From Candidatus Aminicenantes bacterium (GTDB taxonomy: Bacteria; Acidobacteriota; Aminicenantia; Aminicenantales; JAFGBC01): a stretch of 64,000 bases of DNA. This document shows, one piece after another, positions 12,488-20,597 of the stretch. The number at the start of each line of letters is the position of its first letter. Positions within the stretch are counted from its first letter, which is position 1. The stretch covers positions 352,001 through 416,000 of the forward strand of contig OY969696.1 in assembly GCA_963702005.1 (NCBI GenBank). Reading direction: 5' to 3'. Made by a program: the position numbers and the translations under genes. Below the pieces are notes generated by a model, which did no database searches, was not told the DNA's origin, and was given only the letters and a program-made list of their open reading frames with translations.

Positions 12488-13342
12488 ATGAAGATCGCCT
12501 TGGCCCAGATCGCGCCCGCCCTGGGGAATATCAAAAAGAATCTCGACCTCCATTTCCGGGCTCTCGAGAAGGCCCGCCGCAAAAAAGCCGACCTCGTCGT
12601 CTTCCCCGAATTGAGCTTGACCGGCTATAACCTCAGGGATTTGACCGAGGAGACGGCCCTCGATCCCCATTCCGACCCCGTCTTCAAAAAACTTTTGGCC
12701 GCCAGCCGGGTCATCGATATGGTCATCGGCTTCGTTGAGGAATCCCCCCAAGAACGGGGGCTTCTTTACAACGCGGCCGCCTACCTGTCGCGAGGCGCCA
12801 TCCTCCACGTCCACCGCAAGGTCGTCCTCCCGACCTACGGCATGTTCGAGGAGGGAAAATTTTTCGCGCGCGGGAAGGACCTTCGGGCTTTCGCCACTCG
12901 TCACGGCCGGACCGGGCTCATGATCTGCCGGGACTTCCTCCAGCTCGGGAGCGGCTACCTCCTCCAGGCCGAGGGGGCGGAGATGATCATCACCGTCAGC
13001 GCCGCGCCCGGCCGGGGATCGACCCGGGGACAGTCCTTCGCTTCGAGCCGGATGTGGGAGCTCATGGGCGAGGCCCTGGCTTTCTTCTCGTCGTCCTTCG
13101 TCGTCTATTGCAACCGGGTCGGGTTCGAGGAAGGGATCGCCTTCGCGGGGGGATCGTTCATCTTCGGGCCGGACGGCAGCCTCGTCGGCCGCTGCCCCTG
13201 CCTCGACGAGGACCTCAAGGTCTTGGAGATTCACCCCGGGGCCGTCCGCAACGCCCGGCGCCGGATGCATTTCCACAAAGAAGACAGGCCCGAAGTCATC
13301 CTCGAGGGACTGCGCAGGATCGTCCAGAATCATGACCATTAA
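12488..13342 (+). CDS. Carbon-nitrogen hydrolase (nitrilase fold), likely glutaminase subunit of NAD synthetase
   Basis: FPEL / HRK..LP.YGMFEE / ICRD (E-K-C triad); overlaps nadE. Confidence 0.85.
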   Translation: MKIALAQIAPALGNIKKNLDLHFRALEKARRKKADLVVFPELSLTGYNLRDLTEETALDPHSDPVFKKLLAASRVIDMVIGFVEESPQERGLLYNAAAYLSRGAILHVHRKVVLPTYGMFEEGKFFARGKDLRAFATRHGRTGLMICRDFLQLGSGYLLQAEGAEMIITVSAAPGRGSTRGQSFASSRMWELMGEALAFFSSSFVVYCNRVGFEEGIAFAGGSFIFGPDGSLVGRCPCLDEDLKVLEIHPGAVRNARRRMHFHKEDRPEVILEGLRRIVQNHDH

Positions 13343-14144
13343 TCCCCGTTTCGTGGAGAAGGTGCTGACCGCCTTCATTCGACAGGAGTTCGCCAGGTTC
13401 GGGTTCAAGAACGGGATCCTCGGGCTTTCGGGCGGGCTCGATTCCGCGGTCTCGGCCTCTCTGGCCGTCCGGGCCCTCGGACCCTCGCACGTCATCGCCC
13501 TGATCATGCCCTACGGGGCCTCCTTCTCCCGAGAAGTCCAGGACGCCCGGGAGCTGGCGGCGCGTCTCCGCGTCCGGTCGCGAGTCATCGATATCGCCCC
13601 CATGGTCGACGCCTATTTCTTTCGCCACCCGTCGAAAAGCCTGGTCCAGAAGGGCAACAAGATGGCTCGCGAGCGGATGTCCATCCTCTATGATTTTTCG
13701 GAGAGGGAGAAGTCCTTGATCATCGGCACCAGCAACAAGACCGAGCTGCTGCTCGGGTACGGGACGATCCACGGCGACATGGCCTGCGCCATCAACCCGC
13801 TCGGCGACCTGTATAAGACCCAGGTCCGCGAGATGGGCCGTCACTTCGGGCTCCCGCCCCGGATCCTCAGGAAGAGGCCGACGGCCGGGCTGTGGCCGGG
13901 ACAGACGGACGAAGCGGAGATCGGCATGAGCTACGCCGAGGCCGACCGGATTCTCTATCACCTCGTCGACCTCCGCGAAACGCGCCGGGAGGTGGCGGAG
14001 CGGGGTTTCGAGCGCCGGATGGTCGAGCGGATCGCTTCCCTGATCCGGGGTTCCGAGTTCAAACGCAAGCTGCCGCCCGTTGCCAAGATCTCCTTCCGGT
14101 CGGTGGGGCACGATTTTCTCTATCCCTACGACCGAGACCGCTGA
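13332..14144 (+). CDS. nadE: NAD+ synthetase
   Basis: GLSGGLDS, GN.MAR.RM, GTSNKTE..LGY.T.HGD, P.AGLW.GQTDE. Confidence 0.95.
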   Translation: MTINPRFVEKVLTAFIRQEFARFGFKNGILGLSGGLDSAVSASLAVRALGPSHVIALIMPYGASFSREVQDARELAARLRVRSRVIDIAPMVDAYFFRHPSKSLVQKGNKMARERMSILYDFSEREKSLIIGTSNKTELLLGYGTIHGDMACAINPLGDLYKTQVREMGRHFGLPPRILRKRPTAGLWPGQTDEAEIGMSYAEADRILYHLVDLRETRREVAERGFERRMVERIASLIRGSEFKRKLPPVAKISFRSVGHDFLYPYDRDR

Positions 14145-14147
14145 ATC

Positions 14148-14846
14148 ATGGAACCGAGCGGACCCCCCTCTCGACCCCGAGGGACGCTCTTCATCACAGC
14201 GACCCCGATCGGTAACCTCGAGGATATCTCTCTCCGGGCCCTCCGCATCCTGCGCGAAGTCGATTTCATCGCCTGCGAAGACACGCGGCAGACGGTCAAA
14301 ATCCTAAACAAGTACGGCATTCGAAAAAAACTGATCAGCTATTACCAAGCCCGGGAGCGGCAAAAGCTGCCGGCCCTCCTCCAAGCCCTCGAAGAAGGCC
14401 GGAGCGTGGCCTTGGTCAGCGACGCGGGAACGCCCGCCATCTCGGACCCCGGCTTCCCCTTAGTGAGGGAAGCCGTTCGGAGGGGACTCCGCGTCGTCCC
14501 CGTTCCCGGCCCCTGCGCCCTGACGGCGGCTCTCTCCGCGTCCGGGCTGCCCACCCACAGGTTTTTATTCGTGGGATTCCCGCCCCCAAAATTGGAAGCC
14601 ATGAAGAAATGGCTTCGCGCCCTCCACGATGAAGAGGGAACGCTGATCCTCTATCTCCCGGCCAGGAAAGCGGCGGTGTTTCTGGGGGCCGTGGAAGAGG
14701 TCTTCGGCCAGAGGGAGCTCGTTGTAGCCAGAGAGATGACCAAGATCCACGAGGAATTTCTGCGGGGAACGGCCAAAGCGATCAGGGATGAGGCAGTAAA
14801 AACGTTGGTCAAGGGAGAGATGACCATTCTTATCCAGGGCAAATAA
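14148..14846 (+). CDS. rsmI: 16S rRNA C1402 2'-O-methyltransferase
   Basis: ATPIGNLEDIS.RA, ACEDTR, SDAGTP.ISDPG, ARE.TK.HEE. Confidence 0.93.
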   Translation: MEPSGPPSRPRGTLFITATPIGNLEDISLRALRILREVDFIACEDTRQTVKILNKYGIRKKLISYYQARERQKLPALLQALEEGRSVALVSDAGTPAISDPGFPLVREAVRRGLRVVPVPGPCALTAALSASGLPTHRFLFVGFPPPKLEAMKKWLRALHDEEGTLILYLPARKAAVFLGAVEEVFGQRELVVAREMTKIHEEFLRGTAKAIRDEAVKTLVKGEMTILIQGK

Positions 14847-14870
14847 GTTTTTTGTCCAAAAGAGGTAAAA

Positions 14871-15335
14871 ATGGCGATCATTAAATTCGATCCTTTCAGG
14901 GATATGATCACCCTAAGGGACAAAATGAACAAGCTTTTCGAGGACGCGTTCGTCCAAAGAGGGGAAGATAAAGATATGATCTCCAGCGCCTGGCTTCCTG
15001 CCGTGGATATCTTTGAATCCGACAATGAGCTGGTCCTGACGGCCGAGGTGCCCGGCATCGACGAAAAGGACATCGAGATCTCCCTGGAAAACAATGTTCT
15101 CTCCATCAAGGGCGAACGAAAGTTCGATAAAGAGACCAAAGAAGAGAATTATCACCGCATCGAGCGGTCCTATGGAACGTTCTATCGGTCTTTTACCCTG
15201 CCCAGCCATGTGGATTCCGAGAAGATCAACGCGGTCCACGAGAACGGGATTTTAAAAATCAGAATGAGCAAAAAACACGAGCTCAAGCCCAAAAAGGTTA
15301 AAATCCTGAAACCCCAGCCCTCCGACAAGAAGTAG
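14871..15335 (+). CDS. Hsp20/alpha-crystallin small heat-shock protein
   Basis: P.VDI.E, E.PG, ERSYG.F.RSF.LP, NG.L.I. Confidence 0.95.
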   Translation: MAIIKFDPFRDMITLRDKMNKLFEDAFVQRGEDKDMISSAWLPAVDIFESDNELVLTAEVPGIDEKDIEISLENNVLSIKGERKFDKETKEENYHRIERSYGTFYRSFTLPSHVDSEKINAVHENGILKIRMSKKHELKPKKVKILKPQPSDKK

Positions 15336-15344
15336 TCCGATACG

Positions 15345-15382
15345 AGGGGGGCGATTCCCGCGCGGGTGCTGCCCCCCTTTTT
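15345..15382 (+). terminator. Intrinsic terminator after hsp20
   Basis: AGGGGGGC...GCCCCCCT stem followed by a T run. Confidence 0.7.
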
Positions 15383-15404
15383 GCCCGATCGTCCCGGAGC
15401 TTCC

Positions 15405-16148
15405 TCAAGCCCGGGCCAAGGTGATCGCCCGCACTTCGCCCGCCCCGGCCCCGAGAAGGGCCTTAGCACACTCTTTCAATGTCGCGCCGGTCGTACAGAC
15501 ATCGTCCACGAGGATAATCACGCCTCCCCGGATTCGCTCCGGATATTTGACATCGAAGATCCCCCGTACGTTCCGAGCCCGGTCGGCGGCCTCGAGCGTC
15601 GATTGGGGGGGTGCGTTCCTCGTCCGGATCAGGGCCTTTTCAAGGGATGGCACGCCGCACCTCCTTGCCAGCTCCCGCGTCAACAGAGCGGATTGGTTGA
15701 ATCCCCGCTCTCGTTCCCTTTTAGGATGAAGGGGAACGGGGACAAGGGCTTGGGCGCCCCACCACAGGTCTTCATCCTTGCGGAGGGCCGCAAAGGCCCG
15801 CTCGGCCAGAATCCCGGCTAGGACGGAGTAGCCCTGGAATTTATAAAGGAGGATGAGATCCTTCAAGACTCCCGCGTAGCGGCCGTACGACCTGTGGCGG
15901 GAAAAGGGCGGCGGCGACTCCAGACAGGAGGCGCAGTAGTGGGATTCTCCAGCGCCGTCGAAGAACGTCCCGCAGCACGGGCATGACGGGGACCGTTCGG
16001 GAATCAGTTTGGCCAGACAAGCGCCGCAGACGACCCGTTCGCCGGGAGTTTCGAGCCAGGCCTGGCAGACCCGGCAGCGGGAAGGATAAAGGGTCCGTCC
16101 GATCGTCGCGCCGGCCCGGGCGGCGATGCGCGTGAAGAATCCGGTCAA
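15405..16148 (-). CDS. comF: ComF family protein (double zinc ribbon + PRTase)
   Basis: multiple CxxC, PVPLH..R..ERGFNQS, LVDDV.TTGATL; TTG start overlapping upstream stop. Confidence 0.88.
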   Translation of the reverse strand: MTGFFTRIAARAGATIGRTLYPSRCRVCQAWLETPGERVVCGACLAKLIPERSPSCPCCGTFFDGAGESHYCASCLESPPPFSRHRSYGRYAGVLKDLILLYKFQGYSVLAGILAERAFAALRKDEDLWWGAQALVPVPLHPKRERERGFNQSALLTRELARRCGVPSLEKALIRTRNAPPQSTLEAADRARNVRGIFDVKYPERIRGGVIILVDDVCTTGATLKECAKALLGAGAGEVRAITLARA

Positions 16149-16499
16149 CCCGCTTCTTCCTCGGCCTTCTCCTGGCAAGCGATGCAGAGGGACGACCAGG
16201 GGACCGCCTCCAGCCTCTTCTTGCCGATGTCCTTCTGGCAGGACTGGCAGCAACCGTATTCATCCCGCTGGAGCCGGAGGAGGGCCTGGTCGATCTGGAG
16301 GAGCAACTCCCGTTCGGCGTCGGATAAGCTCAACAGGAATTCTTTGGTGTAGGAGTTCTCGGCCTTATCAACGGGGTCCTGGGCGACATCGGTCTCAATG
16401 TCCTTGCTCTCCGTGTAGAAACCGTTGAGACGTTCCATGATTCTTCTGTTTCTTCTCGGCCAGCTTTTTGCGGTAGTAATCCCGTTCTTTCTTTGTCAC
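16145..16499 (-). CDS. TraR/DksA family C4-zinc-finger transcription factor, apparently +1 frameshifted near 16442
   Basis: D-P-V-D-K-A tip motif, YGCCQSC...RLEAVP...CIACQ; N-terminal helix (VTKKERDYYRKKLAEKKQK) from GTG 16499 with AAGGA SD is in a different frame from the ORF starting ATG 16438. Confidence 0.8.
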
Positions 16500-16511
16500 T
16501 GGAGTATCCTT

Positions 16512-16979
16512 TCACTTGGCATAGGCCCGCCCTTGCAGAATGGTCAAGGAGCGATAGATCTGCTCCAGGAGGACGAGCCGGCACAGCTCATGGGAGAGCG
16601 TCATCCGGGAGAGGGAGAGCCGAAGGTCGGCCTTATCCAGAAGCCGTTCCGCCAATCCCAGGAATCCGCCCACGACGAAGGCGAGGGGACGGCCGGCAGA
16701 AGCCCCCCGCTGCTGGAGAAACCGGGCGAAATCCAGAGAACTCATTTCTCGTCCTTTGTCGATGAGGCAGATAATATAGTCATCTTTAATATGTTTTTCA
16801 AGCCCCTCCGCCTCGATCTTTTTTATCCGGTCGGCGGACCGTTCCGGGAGACCCCGCGCCTCCCGGGTGACGATGAGCCGACAGGGGGCCAGCCTGTTGA
16901 TCCGTTCGAGCCAGCTTTCTTCAAGTCGGCGGAATTCGCGGCTTTTGGTCTGTCCCGGCCAGAGGATTTTAAGCATCAT
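16512..16979 (-). CDS. rlmH: 23S rRNA pseudouridine1915 N3-methyltransferase
   Basis: SPOUT motifs G..MSS..FA, FVVGG..GL, LSLSRMT..HEL.R..LLEQIYR. Confidence 0.92.
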   Translation of the reverse strand: MMLKILWPGQTKSREFRRLEESWLERINRLAPCRLIVTREARGLPERSADRIKKIEAEGLEKHIKDDYIICLIDKGREMSSLDFARFLQQRGASAGRPLAFVVGGFLGLAERLLDKADLRLSLSRMTLSHELCRLVLLEQIYRSLTILQGRAYAK

Positions 16980-17042
16980 CCAGGCGTCTCCGCGTCCCAA
17001 GGACGGTTCGAAGTCCATCCACGATATCGATTCAGCTTCGAA

Positions 17043-17129
17043 AAGTCAACCCCTCGACACCCATACTAAGCCGTTTCCGGCTTAGTATGAGTACTGCAAA
17101 GCGGGGTAGCGTCGGCGAACGGGTCAAGG
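17043..17129 (-). repeat. Structured intergenic repeat, copy A
   Basis: 79/87 nt identical to 47083-47169; perfect 12-bp hairpin CATACTAAGCCG-TTTC-CGGCTTAGTATG (17062-17089). Confidence 0.92.
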
Positions 17130-17169
17130 GACGCCCCTCGACGGGAGGGTTCGGCGGGCCGTTTGGCGT

Positions 17170-17541
17170 TCAGAACGTCAGGCGGGGGGCGTCTCCCCAG
17201 AGTTTCTCCAGGGCGTAGTACTCCCGCAGCCGAGGAGAGAAAATATGGACGATGAAACTCCCGTAGTCCAGTAGGATCCATTCGCCGCTGTCGAGACCCT
17301 CGGCGCCCAGGGACGCGACCTTTTTCTTCTTGAGCTCTTCCCGGATGTGCTCGAAGATGGCCTGGTTCTGGCGAGTCGAAAGGCCGTTCATGACGATGAA
17401 GAAGTCCGTAAAGGATGACACCTCGCGCAGGTCCAGGACCCGGACGTCCTCGGCCTTCTTGTCGAGCCCGGCTTGGACCGAGATCTTCACGGCCGCCGGG
17501 AGATTCCGTTTGGTGGCTTTCTTGGGAGCGTCTGTGTCCAT
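17170..17541 (-). CDS. rsfS: Ribosome silencing factor
   Basis: DKKAED..VLDL, TDFF, W.LLDYG..IVH.F...R.YY.LEKLW. Confidence 0.95.
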   Translation of the reverse strand: MDTDAPKKATKRNLPAAVKISVQAGLDKKAEDVRVLDLREVSSFTDFFIVMNGLSTRQNQAIFEHIREELKKKKVASLGAEGLDSGEWILLDYGSFIVHIFSPRLREYYALEKLWGDAPRLTF

Positions 17542-17546
17542 GGCTG

Positions 17547-18215
17547 TTACTCGTTGTCCTTTTGATAGAGATGTCGGGAGCGGATGTAGGATTCGACGGC
17601 GGCCGGCACGAGGCCCGCCAGGGGCCGGCCGCTCCGGACCGCCTCCCGGACCTGGGACGAAGAGATATCCAGGGCATCCACGTCCATGAAGAAGATCCGG
17701 TCGCGGACGAACAAGTCCTCGTCGGGAGTCTCCGAATCCGTCAGCAGGTGGCTCCGGTCCGCGTATCGGCCGCCCAGGACGGTCGCGGCCCGATCCCGCG
17801 GCCAGCCCGGCCGGGTCATGACGATCCAATGGCATTCTTCCAGGAGCTGCCGATAATCCTTCCAGGTCTCGATCTCCAGGAATGCATCCGTTCCGAGGAT
17901 GAAGAATAGCCGCGCCCCGGAATGTCGGTTCTTCATTTGTGCCAAGGTCAAGATCGCGTAAGAAGTCTCCCCGGCCTCAACTTCGAACCCGCAGGCCGTT
18001 AGGCCGGGGTGGCCTTGGACGGCCAGCCGAACCATCTCGAGCCGGTCCGCGGCCGGGGCGAGGTCCCCGGTCTCTTTGTGGGGAGGAATATAGGAAGGGA
18101 CGAGCAGAACCTCCCGGAGCCCGAATTTTACGCGGACCCGTTGCGCGGCGTGGATATGCCCGGAGTGGACGGGGTTGAAGGTTCCGCCGAAAAGGCCGAT
18201 CCTGTCCTTCGTCAC
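17547..18215 (-). CDS. nadD: Nicotinate-nucleotide adenylyltransferase
   Basis: FGGTFNPVH.GH, PPHK, ILG.D, ISSS..R. Confidence 0.95.
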   Translation of the reverse strand: MTKDRIGLFGGTFNPVHSGHIHAAQRVRVKFGLREVLLVPSYIPPHKETGDLAPAADRLEMVRLAVQGHPGLTACGFEVEAGETSYAILTLAQMKNRHSGARLFFILGTDAFLEIETWKDYRQLLEECHWIVMTRPGWPRDRAATVLGGRYADRSHLLTDSETPDEDLFVRDRIFFMDVDALDISSSQVREAVRSGRPLAGLVPAAVESYIRSRHLYQKDNE

Positions 18216-18219
18216 AGCG

Positions 18220-19236
18220 TCAGCCCTCCGAGCTCCCCAACGTCTCCAGGGTTTTGGCGATCGCAGAGACGAGCTTGGCCAGGCCCTCCCCCTTCAAGGC
18301 CGAGATGGCGTGAAAGGGATAGCGGCGGGAGCGGGCCAGAGACCGCAACCCCGTGAGGCGGTCATCCCGGCCGGCTAAGAGATCCGTTTTGTTCGCCACC
18401 AGGAACAGGGGCCTTGTCAAGAGGACGGGGCTATAGGCCTCAATTTCCCCGTTCACGATTTTGAAATCGTCGACCGGGTCGCGGCCGGTGAAAGGGGAGA
18501 CGTCCACGATATGGATTAAAAGCTTGGTTCGCTCGATGTGCCTCAAAAAACGGATCCCCAGGCCGTGGCCGAGATGCGCCCCCTCGATAAGCCCGGGGAT
18601 ATCGGCCATGACGAAGCTTCTGCGTTTTCCCGCGTCGACGACGCCGAGATGAGGAATGAGGGTCGTGAACGGATAATCGGCGATGACGGGCCGGGCCGCC
18701 GAGACCTTCGAGATCAAGGTCGATTTGCCCGCGTTGGGGAATCCGACCAGGCCGACGTCTGCGATCAACTTCAGCTCCAGGGTCAGCTCCCTTTCCTCAC
18801 CCGGCCGGCCCGGTTCGTGCTCGCGCGGAGCCTGATGGGTCGCGGTGGCGAAGGACGCGTTCCCCCGGCCGCCCTTCCCTCCCTTGGCGGCCACGAAGCG
18901 GTCCCGGGATTTGGCCAGATCAAAAAGAATTTCCGATCCGTCCTTGATCCTGACGACCGTCCCGATGGGCACGGACAGGAGGAGGTCGTCCCCTTCCTTC
19001 CCGGACCTATTCCCGCCCTCTCCAGGCCGTCCGGACTTGGCCTTGTTGATAGGGTGGAAACGGAAAAAAGACAGGGAATGGCAGCTCGGGTCGGCGACAA
19101 GGATGACGTCGCCGCCGTCGCCGCCGCGGCCGCCGTCCGGACCGCCCTTGGGGACCCGATATTCCCGCCGGAAACTGACGCAGCCGTTCCCCCCGTTCCC
19201 GGCCTGGAGAAAGACATTCACCTGGTCAACGAACAT
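18220..19236 (-). CDS. obgE: Obg family GTPase
   Basis: Gly-rich Obg fold, GFPNAGKST, YPFTT, DIPG, NKTD. Confidence 0.97.
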   Translation of the reverse strand: MFVDQVNVFLQAGNGGNGCVSFRREYRVPKGGPDGGRGGDGGDVILVADPSCHSLSFFRFHPINKAKSGRPGEGGNRSGKEGDDLLLSVPIGTVVRIKDGSEILFDLAKSRDRFVAAKGGKGGRGNASFATATHQAPREHEPGRPGEERELTLELKLIADVGLVGFPNAGKSTLISKVSAARPVIADYPFTTLIPHLGVVDAGKRRSFVMADIPGLIEGAHLGHGLGIRFLRHIERTKLLIHIVDVSPFTGRDPVDDFKIVNGEIEAYSPVLLTRPLFLVANKTDLLAGRDDRLTGLRSLARSRRYPFHAISALKGEGLAKLVSAIAKTLETLGSSEG

Positions 19237-19328
19237 TGTGAGTCACGCCGTCCGTGGGGGAGGTCGGACGCGTTCCCCAGGCGAAAGGACCGATGAGAAC
19301 CCTAAAACTGTTCAATCCGGCGTGTGTC

Positions 19329-19601
19329 TTAGGAGACCGCCTCCGCGGCCGGCATAACGATGGATACGATCGTGTTCCGTTTACCCTTGTGTTCATAGTG
19401 GACGATCCCGGCCGCCTTGGCGAAGAGGGTGTCGTCCTTTCCCAGGCCGACGTTGGCCCCGGGTTTGAAAGGCGTCCCCCGCTGACGGACGAGAATGGAT
19501 CCCGCGCTGACCGTCTGCCCGCCGTATCTCTTGACGCCCAGCCTCTTGGAACTGCTGTCCCGGCCGTTTCTGGCGCTTCCCGATGATTTTTTATGAGCCA
19601 T
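19329..19601 (-). CDS. rpmA: 50S ribosomal protein L27
   Basis: [28 protein letters not shown]. Confidence 0.98.
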   Translation of the reverse strand: MAHKKSSGSARNGRDSSSKRLGVKRYGGQTVSAGSILVRQRGTPFKPGANVGLGKDDTLFAKAAGIVHYEHKGKRNTIVSIVMPAAEAVS

Positions 19602-19605
19602 GGTC

Positions 19606-20196
19606 TTACTCCTTGGGCTTTGCCGCAGGCTTGGCCGGGTGAGTTTTCTTGGTCACCGTCTTAATTTTAGGCTCTTTGCCTTTGGCCTTGGCGGCTTCGG
19701 ACTTGCCGGCCTTGGGCTTGGATTTAGCCGTTTTCGCGGCGGCCTTCTCCTCCTTCTTGGCCTTGGCAACCTTGACAACCGGTGCCTTGCTGACGGCCTC
19801 GGCCGCTGCGGGGGTCTCGACCTCCGGCTTAACTGTCGGCGGAGGCGGCGGCGGAATGAACTCCTGGATAGGAGCCCCGTTCCGGTCCGCGTAGATCGCC
19901 AGGATCCGGACTTTGGTCAGGGCTTGGCGGTGTCCCCGGGTCCTCCTGAACTGCTTTCTCCGCTTTTTCTTGAAGACAAGGATCTTCCCGTCCCTGTGCT
20001 GCTCAACGACTTCGCCCTTGACCAAGGCCTTCTCGAGGAGAGGAGTGCCGATTAGGGTTTCATTGTCGTCGTCGATCAAGAGGACATTGTCAAAGGCAAC
20101 CGGCTGACCCTGCCCGGCGTCCAGCTTCTCGATATCCAGAAAATCGCCCGTCCGGACACGGTACTGTTTGCCGCCAGTTCGGATGATCGCAAACAT
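19606..20196 (-). CDS. rplU: 50S ribosomal protein L21 with long Pro/Lys/Ala-rich C-terminal extension
   Basis: [14 protein letters not shown]...FKKKRRK...GHRQ..T. Confidence 0.96.
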   Translation of the reverse strand: MFAIIRTGGKQYRVRTGDFLDIEKLDAGQGQPVAFDNVLLIDDDNETLIGTPLLEKALVKGEVVEQHRDGKILVFKKKRRKQFRRTRGHRQALTKVRILAIYADRNGAPIQEFIPPPPPPTVKPEVETPAAAEAVSKAPVVKVAKAKKEEKAAAKTAKSKPKAGKSEAAKAKGKEPKIKTVTKKTHPAKPAAKPKE

Positions 20197-20243
20197 GGTC
20201 TTTTTCCCTTGGTTCGTGATTTCAGCGCAAAAAAACAAGTTCT

Positions 20244-20313
20244 AACTTTAGCACAGGACCTGATGTGTGTCAACAGATCATGTTGACAAGCAAGCGTTTC
20301 CGTTCAGACAATC
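20244..20313. promoter_or_regulatory. Back-to-back sigma70 promoters (rplU on -, tRNA side on +)
   Basis: minus: TTGACA-N17-TAAAGT with TG extension; plus: TTGACA (20283-88)...GACAAT; a second TTGACA-N17-TACCTT lies just upstream of tRNA-Val. Confidence 0.65.
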
Positions 20314-20407
20314 TCCGCAAGGCGTCGAGCGGGCAGGGTTCCCCGAACGCCTCCTCTTGACAAAAAGAGCGTCCTTTTCTACCTTAAGAAACGACGGCGG
20401 AACGGCC

Positions 20408-20479
20408 GGGCGGTTAGCTCAGCGGTAGAGTATCGGTCTTACACACCGGGGGCCGCAGGTTCGAACCCTGCACCGCCCA
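20408..20479 (+). tRNA. tRNA-Val (TAC)
   Basis: Cloverleaf GGGCGGT/ACCGCCC acceptor, anticodon loop CT-TAC-AC, GGTTCGAAC T-loop; CCA not encoded. Confidence 0.97.
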
Positions 20480-20597
20480 CATCCTCCTTCCCTCGTCGTC
20501 CTGGCTCGGCCCGGCTTTTATCCGTACTCTCGCTTTTGACAAATCTTGCGATCCTTGATATAAGAAACTCCTATGGCGACGCTTTCCGGGAGTCGGG

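Noticed and set aside
19278-19300. Hammerhead ribozyme (CGAAA...CCGATGAG)
   Set aside because: Core motifs are too close and in an order that leaves no room for stems I and III.
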